Source: Ylistrum balloti
Taxonomy: Eukaryota
Reading direction: 5' to 3'
Assembly (NCBI RefSeq): GCF_031769215.1
Contig: NW_026782173.1
Location: 2,666,001 to 2,730,000, forward strand
Length of the DNA: 64,000 nt
Part shown: piece by piece, positions 1-13,966 of the stretch
How the letters are laid out: the number at the start of each line of letters is the position of its first letter
Numbering within the stretch: position 1 is the stretch's first letter
Translations under genes and position numbers: made by a program
The notes under the pieces: generated by a model
Database searches by the model: none
Seen by the model: only the letters and a program-made list of their open reading frames with translations
What the model was told of the DNA's origin: nothing

Positions 1-254
1 GTGTGGAACAGCCTGCCAGGTTTGGATGTACAAGTAACAACCATAAAAGACTTAAAAATTAATCTGAACAGCTATTGGAATTGCTTAGAACTAAAATTTA
101 ACCATCTTACTAGCTTTAAATCTGGAAGTGACCATTAATTTTATTTCATGTATACTGAAAAAGCTTTAAATATCAAGATGATTTATGAAAAGAAATTTCT
201 GCTGATGTGGTAATCTTTTCATTAAATTGACAATCGCCTGCTCTTAATTTGTAG

Positions 255-3200
255 GTGTTTGGTAACATTAGAGGAAAGCGTGTTGCAGTCTTGGTGGACA
301 ACTCAGATGCCAATGCTGGATTCGGAAGATTGACAACTTTCCAGGAATCTATGATTGTAAGTGACTAAGTAAGAGGAAAGTCACTTGAATACTGACGAGT
401 GATTTACTGCAGGGTGGATATTATTTGTGACAGTAACAATTGTTGTGATGTTATTGATCACTTTAAAGTATTTATTTGATATATACTATTATACCTTCAG
501 AAATGTTAGTTGTTATATATGTCTCCAAAATCATCTGTCACTTTCTTAAATATTACTTTCAGAATTGTTACTTTTTATCTTCTTACCTGTTCTTTGTTAC
601 TTGTTCTACTCATCCTTGTTATTTTATTACTTTCTTGTAACTATGTGATTTGTTACTCCTGTTATGTATTGTTATTTTCTAAATTTCTTACCTATCTTAT
701 ACTGATATTACCTGATGTTTGGTTCTTTCTCAGCACATGTTGGATGAGCAGCTTTCCACAAGGACAGCGATTTACCTGATGTCATTTGGTACTGATATTG
801 ATCCTCTTTGGCCAGTCTCACGTGATGTCAATTGTAGGATGTAAGTATCCCAAGATGCTAAACGCATGTAACATTAGTGTAACAACCCTGATCCAGAGGT
901 CATATTATACCTCTAATAGTATGTTTGACTTAAATTAATCATATAAAAAAAGTCTACAATGTAGAAGGTCTGACAGACCCATGATGTCATAAATACAAGA
1001 CCTGATGTTTCGTAGAATTTGAAGTTTATAATAAGACATGAGGTAAAACAACAACTTTCAGCAGACCTGATATGTGTTGTCTTTGTTACTGACAGTATTG
1101 AGGAGGCCAAGGAATGGGTGATGAGAATGAAGGCATCAGGTGGCTGTAATCTACTGAAGGCCATGAAACATGTGATGAATATCCAGGATATTGACTCTGT
1201 TGTTATCATTCTCGGCAGTGTGTAAGTTTGAATCAATTTTATGTTAACAATAGAGAGAATGAGACTGTTGAGAAGTTAAAAATTAATTTATATTGTTGGA
1301 AGATTCAGATGAGTAAAGATTTTATTAAGTTTATCTTCAGTTTTAAAAAAAAATCCAGGGAGTTACTGTTAGCTATAATGTTGCAGGTTTAATATTGGCA
1401 AAATAAGTGGAGATGATTAAAAGGCGAGGGAATATAGCTGACTGTACCATCTGTACATCTGTATAGTTGTTGTGTAATCTTCTTCCAGTCTGATAAAAAG
1501 TCAGTATATACAACACTTCAGCAATGGTATATACATCTATGTAATATCTATGTGTACCTTACATAGCAAACTTTGTTGAAGTCTGAAAGATGTCATACAG
1601 TAATAGACAAATAAAATACATAGCCGACCACAACTTGAAGTAAATTTAATTCTTGTCCAACACTGTTATATACATAATGACACATCACCATGTCATTCTA
1701 TCTGTAAATCAGGTAAAAGTGTAGGAATATTGATACTACTACAGTCTAAGCAATGTACATGGTGTTTTTCCTTCAGACCAGACCAAAGTTCGGAGATATT
1801 GTGTGACTATATCCATCAGATGGGCGTTGGTGAGGAGAGACCTCTCCAGACAGTGGCCTATGACTGCAGTAACCATCTTACTAATGTAAGTACTACATAG
1901 CCATATATGGACATGGAAATTATTGTATTTAAAATATCTCTTTCTTTAAATTTTGGTATTATTACCAAGATGTATACTCTTCAGCTGAAGGAATGAAATA
2001 TCCCTTGTCTTACATGGAATTACAAACTTGCTAATTTACATATAAAAGAAATTGATAAATCTGTAGATAGTATTGGCAAGATAAGGAGTTTAATACTTTA
2101 GTTAGTCCAGACAAAAAAATAAAATACAAATATTTTGGGGTAGGTACATGTATGTAGGCAAAAAAATTATTTCAGCAAATACTTTTAAAGGGTTTATATA
2201 GGAGAGATATCTTGTCTTAAACTGTTTACAGTGCTTCTTTGAAAATTGTCTTAAAATGTTTAAGATAAGCACAGAATTATATTGTATAACTGTCATGAAT
2301 AAGAGACCGGAATTAGACGATTTGTTGATAATGGTTAGAAAGCAGATATTTTTATTAGCCAGTATACTAAATACAAAGGTTATTATTTACATTGTACTAA
2401 ATTTTCTGTGTGACAGATTACTCTGAGGCACCTATCAGATGCATCTGGAGGAAGTTACCATTGCTATACTGCAAGCTGTGAGGTAGGTGTACATATATAT
2501 ACATTATCACAACATTAGCCAATTTAACTGTCTGTCGTTGAAGTCACAGTGTACAAAATGTCACAGTTTGATGATACATGCAATACAGTAGCAGACCCAG
2601 GAAACAGTCTGTGGGATTCCAAATTTTGGTGCTATGTGAGAGGCCATAAAATGTAAAGACTGTGCAAATATTTTCTTTTTTACAAAAAGTCGCTATTATG
2701 ATCATCTCTACCATTAATCACTTGTTAAGAACTTGGTCAACTGTCGTTTCAAACATACACGTTTCTGTATGTTTTCACTGTATTACAACAGGAGCAAATC
2801 TACACCGGTACAGAAATCAGTGTGATTCTGAAGGAGATACAGAAATGTCAGGATGTTATCAACAAGATCAAAGAGATGCGCAATGGTATGATGGGTAGTG
2901 CACTCATCAGCATCATGAATGAGGTAAATCACAAGATGTCACTCACATTTCTCTCATTGTTTGCCACACCAATACACACCAGGTACAATATCATGAGTTG
3001 CTCAGTTATAAGTAATTACGCATAAGCAATATTTGTAGTGAAATTTTCCCATGAAATGTTTTAAGATAAGAGAATGGTGACATTTTAGTAGTGTTATAAT
3101 AAGAATTCAAATTTCTAAATTTATACTACATATGGGGATAGCTCATTGCAGTATGATTATTTTCTGATATAATGTATATTATGTGTGAACAATTACACAT

Positions 3201-6200
3201 ACAAGACCTTGATTGTCCTCTTGGGTGAGTAAGTCAACTGTTATGTTTTTCTTTTTCTGTGAATAGATCACCACAGAAGTTGCCAAACTGCCCCAGTCTC
3301 GGTTCCTGCCCCGTCCTCCAGGTCATGATCTGCCATTACGTATAGAAATGCCAAAATTCCAGCCCAGAACTTCTATCAACTGGATCCTGCAACATGGACT
3401 TAAAGGTAACATCAGTATTCCTAGATCATAATTATAGTTGTACAGCACAGTTCTCATTAAGAGCTGCTTGAATGTGTGAAAATATTATTTAAAATCTTTT
3501 AATGAAAACTGAGCATAAAGCGGTATTAACTGTTCTATTACAGCCAAGCGTTTAGACCTGTACCAAGTCCTGGCTCCTAATGCCTACTCGTACAAGGAGG
3601 AATTCATCCCTGTCATCAAAAAGGCTGTTCAGTCCCAAGTCCATGAGGTAAGTCTACCGAGGGTTTATTGTCTGCATGTGTGATAACAAACATATTGTCT
3701 GAAGAATCTTCAAAATTATAAAGACAATAAACCAAATTAGAGTGTTTACAAAGTTAAAGCTTTAATACACAACAGCTGGTGATGTATGTGTTGCAGAAAG
3801 CCATGGTACAGTTCCAGTGGCATGATGGGTCCATGAAGAACATCCATGTCGATATGACTCACCTTTTTGAATACCAGAAACAACTCCATGAAGTAGTTGG
3901 TCTGTACGAGCGCCGAATCAACTGGCTAGCCTGTGGCAGCAGAAGGATTTTTGGGACAGTTACTGAGAAAAAGTGAGTCATACTGATATTAGCAGGGATG
4001 CAATCATTGAGATTTTGTAATATTTGGATACTGTAAATCACTTAGATTTCATGAATACTTTATTTTGTGAACTTACCTCTTCAGACATACATTTTGTGTT
4101 CAGGAAAACATGATTTTGTGAACGATGATCAAAAAATGACTTTAAATAGCAAATGATGGGCTGTTAGACATATGAATTCTGATATCTGTAACCAAATCAG
4201 CATGGGTGCCATCAAGAATTATGTACATACATTTTGTGTTCAGGAAAACATGATTTTGTGAACGATGATCAAAAAATGACTTTAAATAGCAAATGATGGG
4301 CTGTTAGACATATGAATTCTGATATCTGTAACCAAATCAGCATCGGTGCCATCAAGAATTATTTCTGTACTAATAATCGCGAGAACTTTGAAGTTGCGCT
4401 CAACTCTTCTTGAATATTAACACGAAAATATATCCCACACGAAATATAAGTGATTTACATCACCGAATATAATTTTATTTCTGATTTGATAATTACAGAA
4501 CATTAGTATTCTCATATTGATACATATATTGTATCTGTTGTATTACAGTAAACTGTTTAATTCAGTCATGGACTCTAAAAATTAAGGTGATGTGTATTTA
4601 CAGTGTAGTGATCCTGGTGGACCTGTCCGTGTCTAATGTTAACTACCTGGTACATATCCAACACTCACTTAGGCTACTGCTGGAGCAGCAACTCGCCAAC
4701 AAAAACTTCTTCAACATTATAGCGTAAGTGTCATTGAGCTGCTGAATTCGGCCGATTTATCATTGCCATTAGGCTGCCTTATCATGATGTGTTATTGGGC
4801 GGTTTGTCATCGTGATCATACGTCAACGGTCCACTTTCTTACTATGTATCCCTGGGCCATTTTATCATCATGTTTTATTGCTGATATTGGACCATTTTGT
4901 CATGATGAGTCACTAGGCCTCTTAAACATTATGTTCTTCTAGGCCATTTCAGTCACTGCGCACTGGGCCACATGTCAATTTATGTGCCATTTTGCCATTT
5001 TGTCATTTTGTAATTGAGCCATGTTAATAAGGTATTTCACCAACAACTTTTAATATTGTTAGACTATGCTTTTACATAAAAAATGTTGAGCCCTCAAAAG
5101 TACTAGAAATCTGTGTCTTGAAAGTGTTTCCCCTTTTTGTTCAAGATTATTTATATATCTCTTTGTTTTATCAATGCGTTCTCTAGATTTGGAAGTAAAG
5201 CAGTGGGTTGGCGTCCTATCATGATGAAACCAACAGCTGAGAATCTTCAGGACGCTTGGAGGTATGGTATAATTTTGTTACATCTCCTTGTTGATTTTAC
5301 CAGTAAGTAAGGACAAATTGTGCTAACTTTCTCAAGCGAAAGATAAATGAGTGGTCTCAATTTTTATTGTTCCAAAATTAACAAATGTATGAAAATAACA
5401 AAATTCATTGAATTATGAGGCTCATGCACCTCCCCCTCTAGATTTTTACTTTTCTTTCAATCACTTTGTCATTTCTTCATTCAACTCTGAGACTTTAGGT
5501 TCTTAGCATCACAGACGAGTCAATGGAAGGACCGTACAGCTGCATGTATGATGCAGTTTAATTTGTAGTTTTGCTCTACTTATCTCGCTCTAATTTTGTA
5601 TTAAAAGATGCTATTCATTTGTGTGTCTATTGTTCGATATCAGAGATGCAGAAGCATGCTAAGAATAATATTGACACCATTACTGTTTATCACTTTGAAC
5701 CCAATGTTTAACTGTGTATGTTTTCTATAAAGGTGGGTACTGGACCTACAGTGTGGAGGCAGTAGGAACTTCTTGTCAGCATTTAAACTGGCCATGGAGA
5801 ATGAGCAGGAAGCCAGTCACCACATTGGTAAATAACTAGACAGGCACTTTTAAGTATAGATCATTATGGTGATTTTTAGTTTTAGATTAAATAGGAAATG
5901 TTTTGTTATATTTATGTATCCAAGTTCACTTGCAGTTACCTGATTATACCTGTTGGAAACAAATTTTAAAATGCAAATCTGTAGATCTGATTTTTTGTCT
6001 TTTTTTCTGTATCAGTGATATTTACACTGTTTTGTGATTATCCTCTTTAAATGTTAAAAAGAAATCAGCATGATCGGCTATATATCTTCTCTTGTAATTT
6101 AAAAAAAATAACATTAGGTTTATGATTTTGCAGAAGGGCTATCAACCCAATGTTATGAAGCCAACAAGAAAACTGTTTGTTGAATGTGTTTTCAGAATAT

Positions 6201-9200
6201 TTGTTGAAGTAACAGAAAAGATTGTTATCAAACACTTAAAACATATACACATGTTGAGTATTTGGTATATTACAGAGCCGGAGGGTATATATCTGTTTAC
6301 CAGTGGAGTGCCTGATCAAACCCTTGATGTGGCTTCATCATTCATTGAACAATCCACATCAGGCAAGAATGTCAAATTGCATGTGGTCCTCTTTAACGTG
6401 GATGACTATAACTCCAATGGAGCCATTCCTGGTCGCTATGCTAATATCACACGTACGTCGGAGGTTCTGAGGAACATGGCACACTGCAGTAATGGAAGAT
6501 TCCATTGGTTCAGAGAAACAGGTACATTGATATATATGGTGGTTTAAAGGGTCATCATTAAAATTGTCTTGGTTTGTCATCATCTAACCAGGTGGTCATT
6601 AGAGTTGATTGGTTGGACAGGTCCAGATTGTTTTCCATATTACAATGAATGTATAGAATTAAATGCTTATGGTGTTGTTATTGCAATGAGTCTAAAACAC
6701 TCGGTAGAATTATCTCTGAAATCTGGAGGAAGACATCCCATTGGCTATCAAATTAACATAAGCATGGAATTGGCAAAATTCAATTTAATAGTGAACCTTT
6801 TTCCCTCAGATTGTATTATCTTTGTGGAGTTCCAATCCAACTGTTTATTATGGAATTATTTACCAACATGTCAAAGATTGGTTATCAGTATTTCTACATA
6901 ACTGATCACTGCCACAAATTTACCAACAGTGAAATTGTGACAGTCTTCCTTACAAAAAATCAATTTATTATTTTTATTTGAACCAATATTAATTCTTAAT
7001 ATCCATTGACTTCAAATTGAATTCTGAGTTTATTTCTGTAATGTTTAATACATCCATGTACTTGAGAAAAATATTGAAATATCTTAGATCATTTTCATAT
7101 CTGTGAGTTCTGATCCACAGACATCTTTGACATATGAATTTAGAAATATTCCTCCATGTTTTAGCACTGGTTTATGCTCGCTTCCATCAATTGACCATGT
7201 TTCAAATTATCCAATTCACTTTCAATGCTAAAGTATGGATGAAAAATTTCATCCTCTGAACAATTACTGTGTATTTTTCACAGTTCCTAGTGTACATTCA
7301 TAAGCATGGCATGCTCTTTATTTGAAATGAAAAAATGGAATATTCCTGTGGAATTACCCTGACAAATTTTTATCTATTATATCTTAGTGTTGTCTTCTTT
7401 GGACACCGCTACAGGTTTATCAGTTCAATCATAATACATCATGTTGAATGCTTAATAGGCCAAAACAAATTTGCTGCTAAAATATCGTAACTCACAAAGT
7501 AGCATGAATCATTCCTTCTTGTAATCTCTTTCAAGCATTTGAAAGATGCTTTTCATTTTCCTATTGCAATACAAATTTTTATTTTTCTGGTTCGGGCAGG
7601 TTTCACCAAACCAACTACATTTTTTAAAATTTGGCTTAGCTTATAGATATTAAATTATTTTGATTGCCACATACTATGTAAAAAATTATCATTATACATG
7701 TAAGTATTTTGTTTTCAGACACAATCATCATACTTGTAAACATTTGTCAACAGTGGATTAAATATAGAAAAGTTCATGTTTGAATTATTTAATATTCACA
7801 AAGTAACCAATTCAAGACATTTGACCTTTACTCAGGATAGTTTACAAAGTTCAGTTGATGAGGTAAGGTGTGTTACATTTTAGGTATCATTGAGAACGAT
7901 GACATCCAACACATTACAGCTGAGATAGACAAGGCACTCAACTTCTCCAGAAAGGTCCAGATGTTAGTGGAGTCTGTCAAAAAGAAGTACAGGGACAGAT
8001 ATGTATGTATCTACTGATAAGTATTTATAGTAGTAAGGATTTGTATATATGAATGTAACATATAGTGTTTTGAGGAAGCACTCAGATTTGTATATAAATG
8101 TACAAGGTATTTTCGTTTAGGGACAAGATATATCTTTTTCATGGTGTTCTTTATAGTTACTTAAGATGTAGGAGCAGATATTTAGGAATGTTATCAGTAT
8201 TAGTATATAGATAAACAAAGTATTCAGTACATTGTCCTTGACTTAGACCTGAAATATTAACCATTGTCTAATTTACATGTACGTGGTTATGAAATTTGTC
8301 CCTGTTTCAGCACCACCAATACCTAGACCAGATAAAGGCACTACCAGCTCCTGAGTTTTCACATCTAAAAAATCGTGCCTTACCAGCACCAAGGCTTCCC
8401 AGTGAGCCGACTAAATCGGTAAACAATAATCATAACTACTCTTCTGGCGATAAAAGGTCTTTTATACACAGTGATAATTGTAACAGTGCTTAATGAAACA
8501 CTACTAAAAGTAATTTTAACAGATAAATAATAATTTATGTAATTATTCTCTGAATATTTGTTGTAATTCAGATGTAAATTTCATATGAAAAATTCATTGC
8601 AAATATTACTATTATATATATAAAATGATTTTATAAAGAATGCATTTGTCAATTGAAGCCAATTAAAGTTACAATAATAAAATTATATATATGTGAATAA
8701 TGGATGTTCATTATATTTCCTTGTTTTTTTATTTGTTTGTTTGTTTTTTTTTTGTTTGTGTAGAGGAGTTCACGTACCGACTATGAGAAGGAGACCATGA
8801 CATCATTACGCCTACAGCGACCAACAAGTGCTACAACAGCCCGGGAGGCATCAGTTCGAACATCAACCAAAGAACGACCTATCTCAGCCAAGGATCCCAT
8901 GGCACGAGTCAAAACTAAGAAAGTAGCAACTTCAAGCTTTTTCTTGGACAACAATAAAGGCCAAACTGGGGATGGAACAGGTATGACTGGCATAGACATG
9001 TAGATGTATTATGTAGGTCACATTTTGTGTAGGGCACATTTAGTGTAATGGAAGATGTAGGTCACACTTTGTGTAGACGACATTTAGTGTGTAGGAGGAG
9101 AGATATAGTTCCTACTGAAGATGAAGGTCTTACTATAAATGTGAGTCACATAGGAGAGAAGATTTTTTTTTAGTTTGCATTATTGATGCAGATCTCGGTG

Positions 9201-12200
9201 ATATTGATGTCACATTAGGGTCGTAAGTTACACTGTCTTGTAGATAACGAAAGATGTAAGTCACACCTAGGATATGCATTAATGGCAGGTCACACTGAAA
9301 GTGAAATCCTATTCAGGGATATTTTAATCATGATATTCTGTATGTAAAGCAACAGTAAACTTCTAAGAATGAATTAACCATGATGTATAAGATTGTTCTA
9401 CATTCTTTAAGCTTTTGTTATTGTTTCGTGTTACAGGCACTGTGTTCAGGAAATACCCAGCCATGAAATCTGTAAGGAGAGGTGTGGTAGATGTTAACAT
9501 CCCAGACCATGAGGATGTCCAAACATCCAAGGAGGTATAACAAGTTCAAAGCACAATATGGGATATTCTGTGGTAGCAACAATAAAGTGAAATATGTGCC
9601 CTTGTTCTGTATCAGTATTTAACAATTCTATTTCATAAATATATTTCTAATTATACAAAATCTTTATCTTTAGTGGTTGAGACTGTACAGCTTGTCAAAG
9701 CTCAAACTTGACCTCAACCGACTGGTGTCTGGACCTGACTGTAAACACAAGGAGAACAGTGTGAAAAGTCTCCACAAAAACGTCTCTGCAAAGTAAGTAT
9801 TCATAGCTCTGTTGATCACACAAGTTTGTGCTGGTGTTCTGGGGTGAAGTTTGTGTAACACTCACGGTCTGTACATGTAGTTTGAAGTTTTGCATGAATT
9901 TACATGTCTAGACAAGGATTTATCATCCTCCCACAATAGTATATTAGATTTTAATTCATGATCAGTGACTCCTTCCTAAAGGCTGACATGAAATATTGAT
10001 GTGGAATGGTTAAGCTATGCAATGGTTTCTATTTAATCAGGACTTTCTCCAGAAGTCGGTACTAATTCCAGTGTGTTCGGTAATGTTTTACTTTATTTTT
10101 CCTAGGTATTGTGACATTTTCCCTACAGTGAATGTTAAAGGCACAATAAAACATCTTCAGCTGCTTCCACATGAGTTAAAGGACTATGAAGCACAGACTG
10201 AGAAAGTTTTGCGCCGTTATCTAAAACGTCTACAATGGCTCCTAAGTGGTGAGTCTAGCAAAGTGTTATCTCAATAACCTCTCCAAGTTTAACTTTGTCC
10301 CAATAAGTAAGATGTATTTTGTGCTTTAGCTTTGTTGCCATTTTGAGAACATGACATTACATATGTGTTTGGATTGGTGTAGATTTACACGATAAATGTC
10401 ATTGATGGAGCAAAAGATGTCGGGTCTTCCTCTCCAATATGCCTGCATGGTCTTGTCCTTAAATCTCGTACTCTTGCCTCATATTTTGTTCTCATTGAAT
10501 CAGTTTTGAGGTTGAATTTGTGACAAGTGATTATTATCTTGTTATTGTAATAATGTATTAAAGATATGCAATGTTCCTTCAGTCATTATTATGTGTAAAG
10601 AGATGGGTACCATTATATTTTCCTACCTTACAGGAAGTCGTCGGGTGTTTGGGACGTTGATCCACAAAAAGTGTGTGATTCTAATTGACACCTCTGGATC
10701 AATGGACCCCTACATGAATGAGCTGAAGAAGGAAGTAGCTGCTCTGATCTGGGATCAGTTGTACAGACTGGGGGCAAGGTATGTTTTACAAAGTCATTTC
10801 TAGATCTGAGTATGGTTTATTTTTGTTATATGTAGTCAGAAACTGGTCTATTCTGTGATTAGCTGTGTGTATAAAACAGTCTCTGATCATAATGCCAAAC
10901 ATGTTGCTTACATGCTTTCAACATCTTGCAGAAAATAATGTCAATTGTAGATATTGACACTTCTCTGTGTTTTACCACAATATTGAGAAAGGTCTCTTGT
11001 CAAAATTCACTTTTGTCTTCTGCAGAACATACAGCATAGATGGTCCATGTACATTATATAATGTAGACACCAAACAGAGAATCCATAAGAAAAATAAAAA
11101 TTCTTTGAACGATTGCTTTGAGTTATTCTCAGTATGAGTTCCTTAATCAAAGAAATTGCCCTGTATGCAACACTATGCTGATTCATTTTCATATACATGG
11201 CTAATCGTTACATTATGTATACATATCTATCAAGACTTGTATTTTGATTTCGAACCAAACTCAGAAAGTAATCGTAGGCTCAAAAGTCCTGATTATAGAA
11301 GTTTTATAGATGTTTGTTGATAACATGCATTCTGTTCATGTCTGATTAACAGTTCAGGTGCAAGCTCCTGGTCTAGTATTGCCCAATTTCATTGTAATAA
11401 GTACCTTTTGTAGTCACAAACTAGCAGTTTTCACTCTCTACTGCAGGTCTTTATTAAATGTTGTGTGGTCTGATTTTCTCTTTTACAGGTTCAATCTTAT
11501 GAGGTTTTCTGGCGACTGTGAGGTCTGGAGTAGGAGTATACAGCATGCAACACAGGAACACTGTCACAGTGCTGTAAACTGGACATCCAGACTGACTGCT
11601 GGTGGTAACACCTGTACATTAGAGGCTCTTAGGGTAAATTTCAATGTCCTCTGATTGTTTTAGTATTAATAAATACTCTATTTGAATACATCTATCTGCA
11701 TTTAACAATTCCAATCTGTTGTAACAAGTAAAATTACATTTTTAATACAATAAAAAGCAAACTTTAAAAGTTATTCTCCTACTTTAATTGCCTTATAATA
11801 TATAAACACTGACAGTAAATATGTTCCAACTAACATAGAGATCTTCTGATTTTTCCTTGAGACAATAAATTGTGTTATCTATATAATTTGACTTGGAAAC
11901 TTTTATGATATCTGTGGCTTAAAAACAAAAATACATTTGTATGTCACTCACAGCTAGCTTTCCAGGACCCTGAGATTGAAGCCATTTATATGTTGACGGA
12001 TGGTAAACCTGACTCTAGTACCACGCTTGTGTTGCGAGAAGTGGGAGAGATGAACATTAACAGGAATGTACAAATCAACACCATCTCTTTCAACTGTGCA
12101 GACAGGTAAATTCCTTCAATTGATAAGCGAGGTTAACTCTCTCACCTGCTCAGACAGGTAAACTTCTTCAACTGATAAGCCAGGTTAACTCTCTCACCTG

Positions 12201-13966
12201 CTCAGACAGGTAAACTCCTTCAACTGATAAGCCAGGTTAACTCTCTCACCTGCTCAGACAGGTAAACTCCTTTTCAAAACAACGAAACTATGTTAACTCT
12301 CTTACTTGCAAAGACTGGTAACCTCCTTATTAAAACAGTTAATTAAGCCATGTTAACTCTCTCACCTACTTAGACAAGTAAACTAGTTCCTTAAACTGCT
12401 ATTTTGGCTAGAGTTGCGATTTTGCCTCCAGTATTGGTTACCTAATTTTTTTTTGTAGCACGGCCAATAATTTCCTACGAATGTTGAGCAAGGAGACAGG
12501 TGGTCGATTCCATAAGATTCAGAGCGACTTTGATGCACAGCTGTTTGCTCACAAACTCTTGACAGAAGGCTTCACTGACACAGAGGTAAGATCACATTCA
12601 CATAAAATTGTAAAGCTAGATACTCTATGAATCAAATAGTGTTACAAAATTAAATGTTAGTATATTATTTTTAGTAGCATATTTCTATAATTGAAAGGAA
12701 ATTAATTAATTTTTGGTCTTACATATTACTAACATTATTGGGCACCCTTTGTTCTAAGTCTAATCCTATAGTTAATTTGACACATACTGTATTCGATCTT
12801 GTATAATACAGGCAATGTTTGATCTTGTGAATTTTTTTTAAAATTCTGTATTAAATTTTAAAATGCAATACAGTAACAAGTGGAAATATAAGGTCTGTTG
12901 TTAATGGTTGTATCAGTGAAATATTACAGGAAATTACTGGGTTTCTATGATATACAATAACCATTGTTTTTTTAACTCTGAAGTATCCCCACCTGCCTGA
13001 GTTTGAGGGCGATGATCTACGCAGACTAGGAGCAGAAATAGCAATGGCTCGACGCTTCCTGGCACAATCTAGGCAATACAGGTTAGTAAACCAATTAAAG
13101 CTGTTAATTATCTTAACTAAGTTTATGATTTAATTCATTCTGTTCTTTATTATTTAACTACATTGTAACTACATTATAACTACATAAGATTGTCCATATA
13201 ACGGTAATAAAGGTTAACAACAATTTCAATTTTATGGATTGGACATTAAATATGTTCCACATTATGGTTGGCAATCAAGTAACAAAGGTCTCTGCTTCAA
13301 TCGTTCAGTACAAAATCATCTGTTTATGGGATATGCTTTGTATAAAGAAAAAAATATTTTCAATTAAAAGAAAACAGTTGTGATAATAAAAGTAAATTGT
13401 TATTGTCTTGTTTTGATTGAAATATTCATTGATGTCTTTCAGAGCACTTTACCAGTCTAAAGTAGCACAGACTGATAAGACAGCCAATAGTAAGCGTAAG
13501 TAGACATTATGAAAAATGTAATCATCTAAAATAAGTTTACATTTACATAATTTTTGCATGTGACTTTGACCTATCATTGAGAAATATAGGAAAAATGACC
13601 ACTGCTGAAATGCATCATAATCTGTAGATTACCAAGTCAACTGATTTAACTCTACAATTTATGTTAAACATCTACTTCTCCTTTTATTTTAAGAAATGAG
13701 TGTAGTTGTACAATCTTGGTAGCTAGTAATCATTTTTTCAGATAGTTTTTGATAGAACATTTGAAGAACCATAATGTTATCTGATCTAATTCCAATATTA
13801 AAGATGTGCTGTGGTCCATTGCTGATCATAATTATTAAATATTCTATTGACTGAAACCTTTGTTGATTTTTCCCTAACCTATAAAAATGAAACAACAATT
13901 ACCATTTTCTTTACAGCCACAGTGACACCATTTGTGGTTGGAAAACCTAAAACGGCCACCCGGTAA
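255..13966 (+). CDS. VWA3A: von Willebrand factor A domain-containing protein 3A-like, 3' portion (26 exons; 5' end lies upstream of the window)
   Basis: Exons with AG/GT borders and continuous frame: 255-356, 734-840, 1096-1221, 1777-1885, 2417-2482, 2792-2923, 3267-3405, 3544-3647, 3797-3972, 4604-4723, 5187-5261, 5733-5827, 6276-6521, 7884-8002, 8311-8418, 8764-8980, 9437-9534, 9674-9792, 10106-10248, 10634-10778, 11489-11633, 11954-12105, 12459-12585, 12984-13081, 13443-13495, 13917-13966 (TAA). Total 3171 nt, 1056 aa. Repeated GSRR(V/I)FGT-VWA modules, MIDAS-like DLSVS and DTSGS, YMLTDGKPD and a C-terminal PEFEGDDLR match the VWA3A architecture as I recall it. Confidence 0.92.
4085..4362. 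repeat. Tandem duplication, 140-bp period, 2 copies, in a VWA3A intron
   Basis: 4085-4222 and 4225-4362 are identical except catGggtgcc versus catCggtgcc. Confidence 0.95.
12090..12385. repeat. 52-bp minisatellite containing the VWA3A exon-22 splice donor
   Basis: CAGACAG|GTAAA recurs with the donor G at 12106 (true), 12158, 12210 and 12262, followed by two degenerate units. Confidence 0.9.

Noticed and set aside
4120-4190. C/D box snoRNA in the duplicated 140-bp unit (ATGATCA/ATGATGG ... CTGA)
   Set aside because: The C box is mismatched, there is no terminal stem, and no recognisable rRNA guide.
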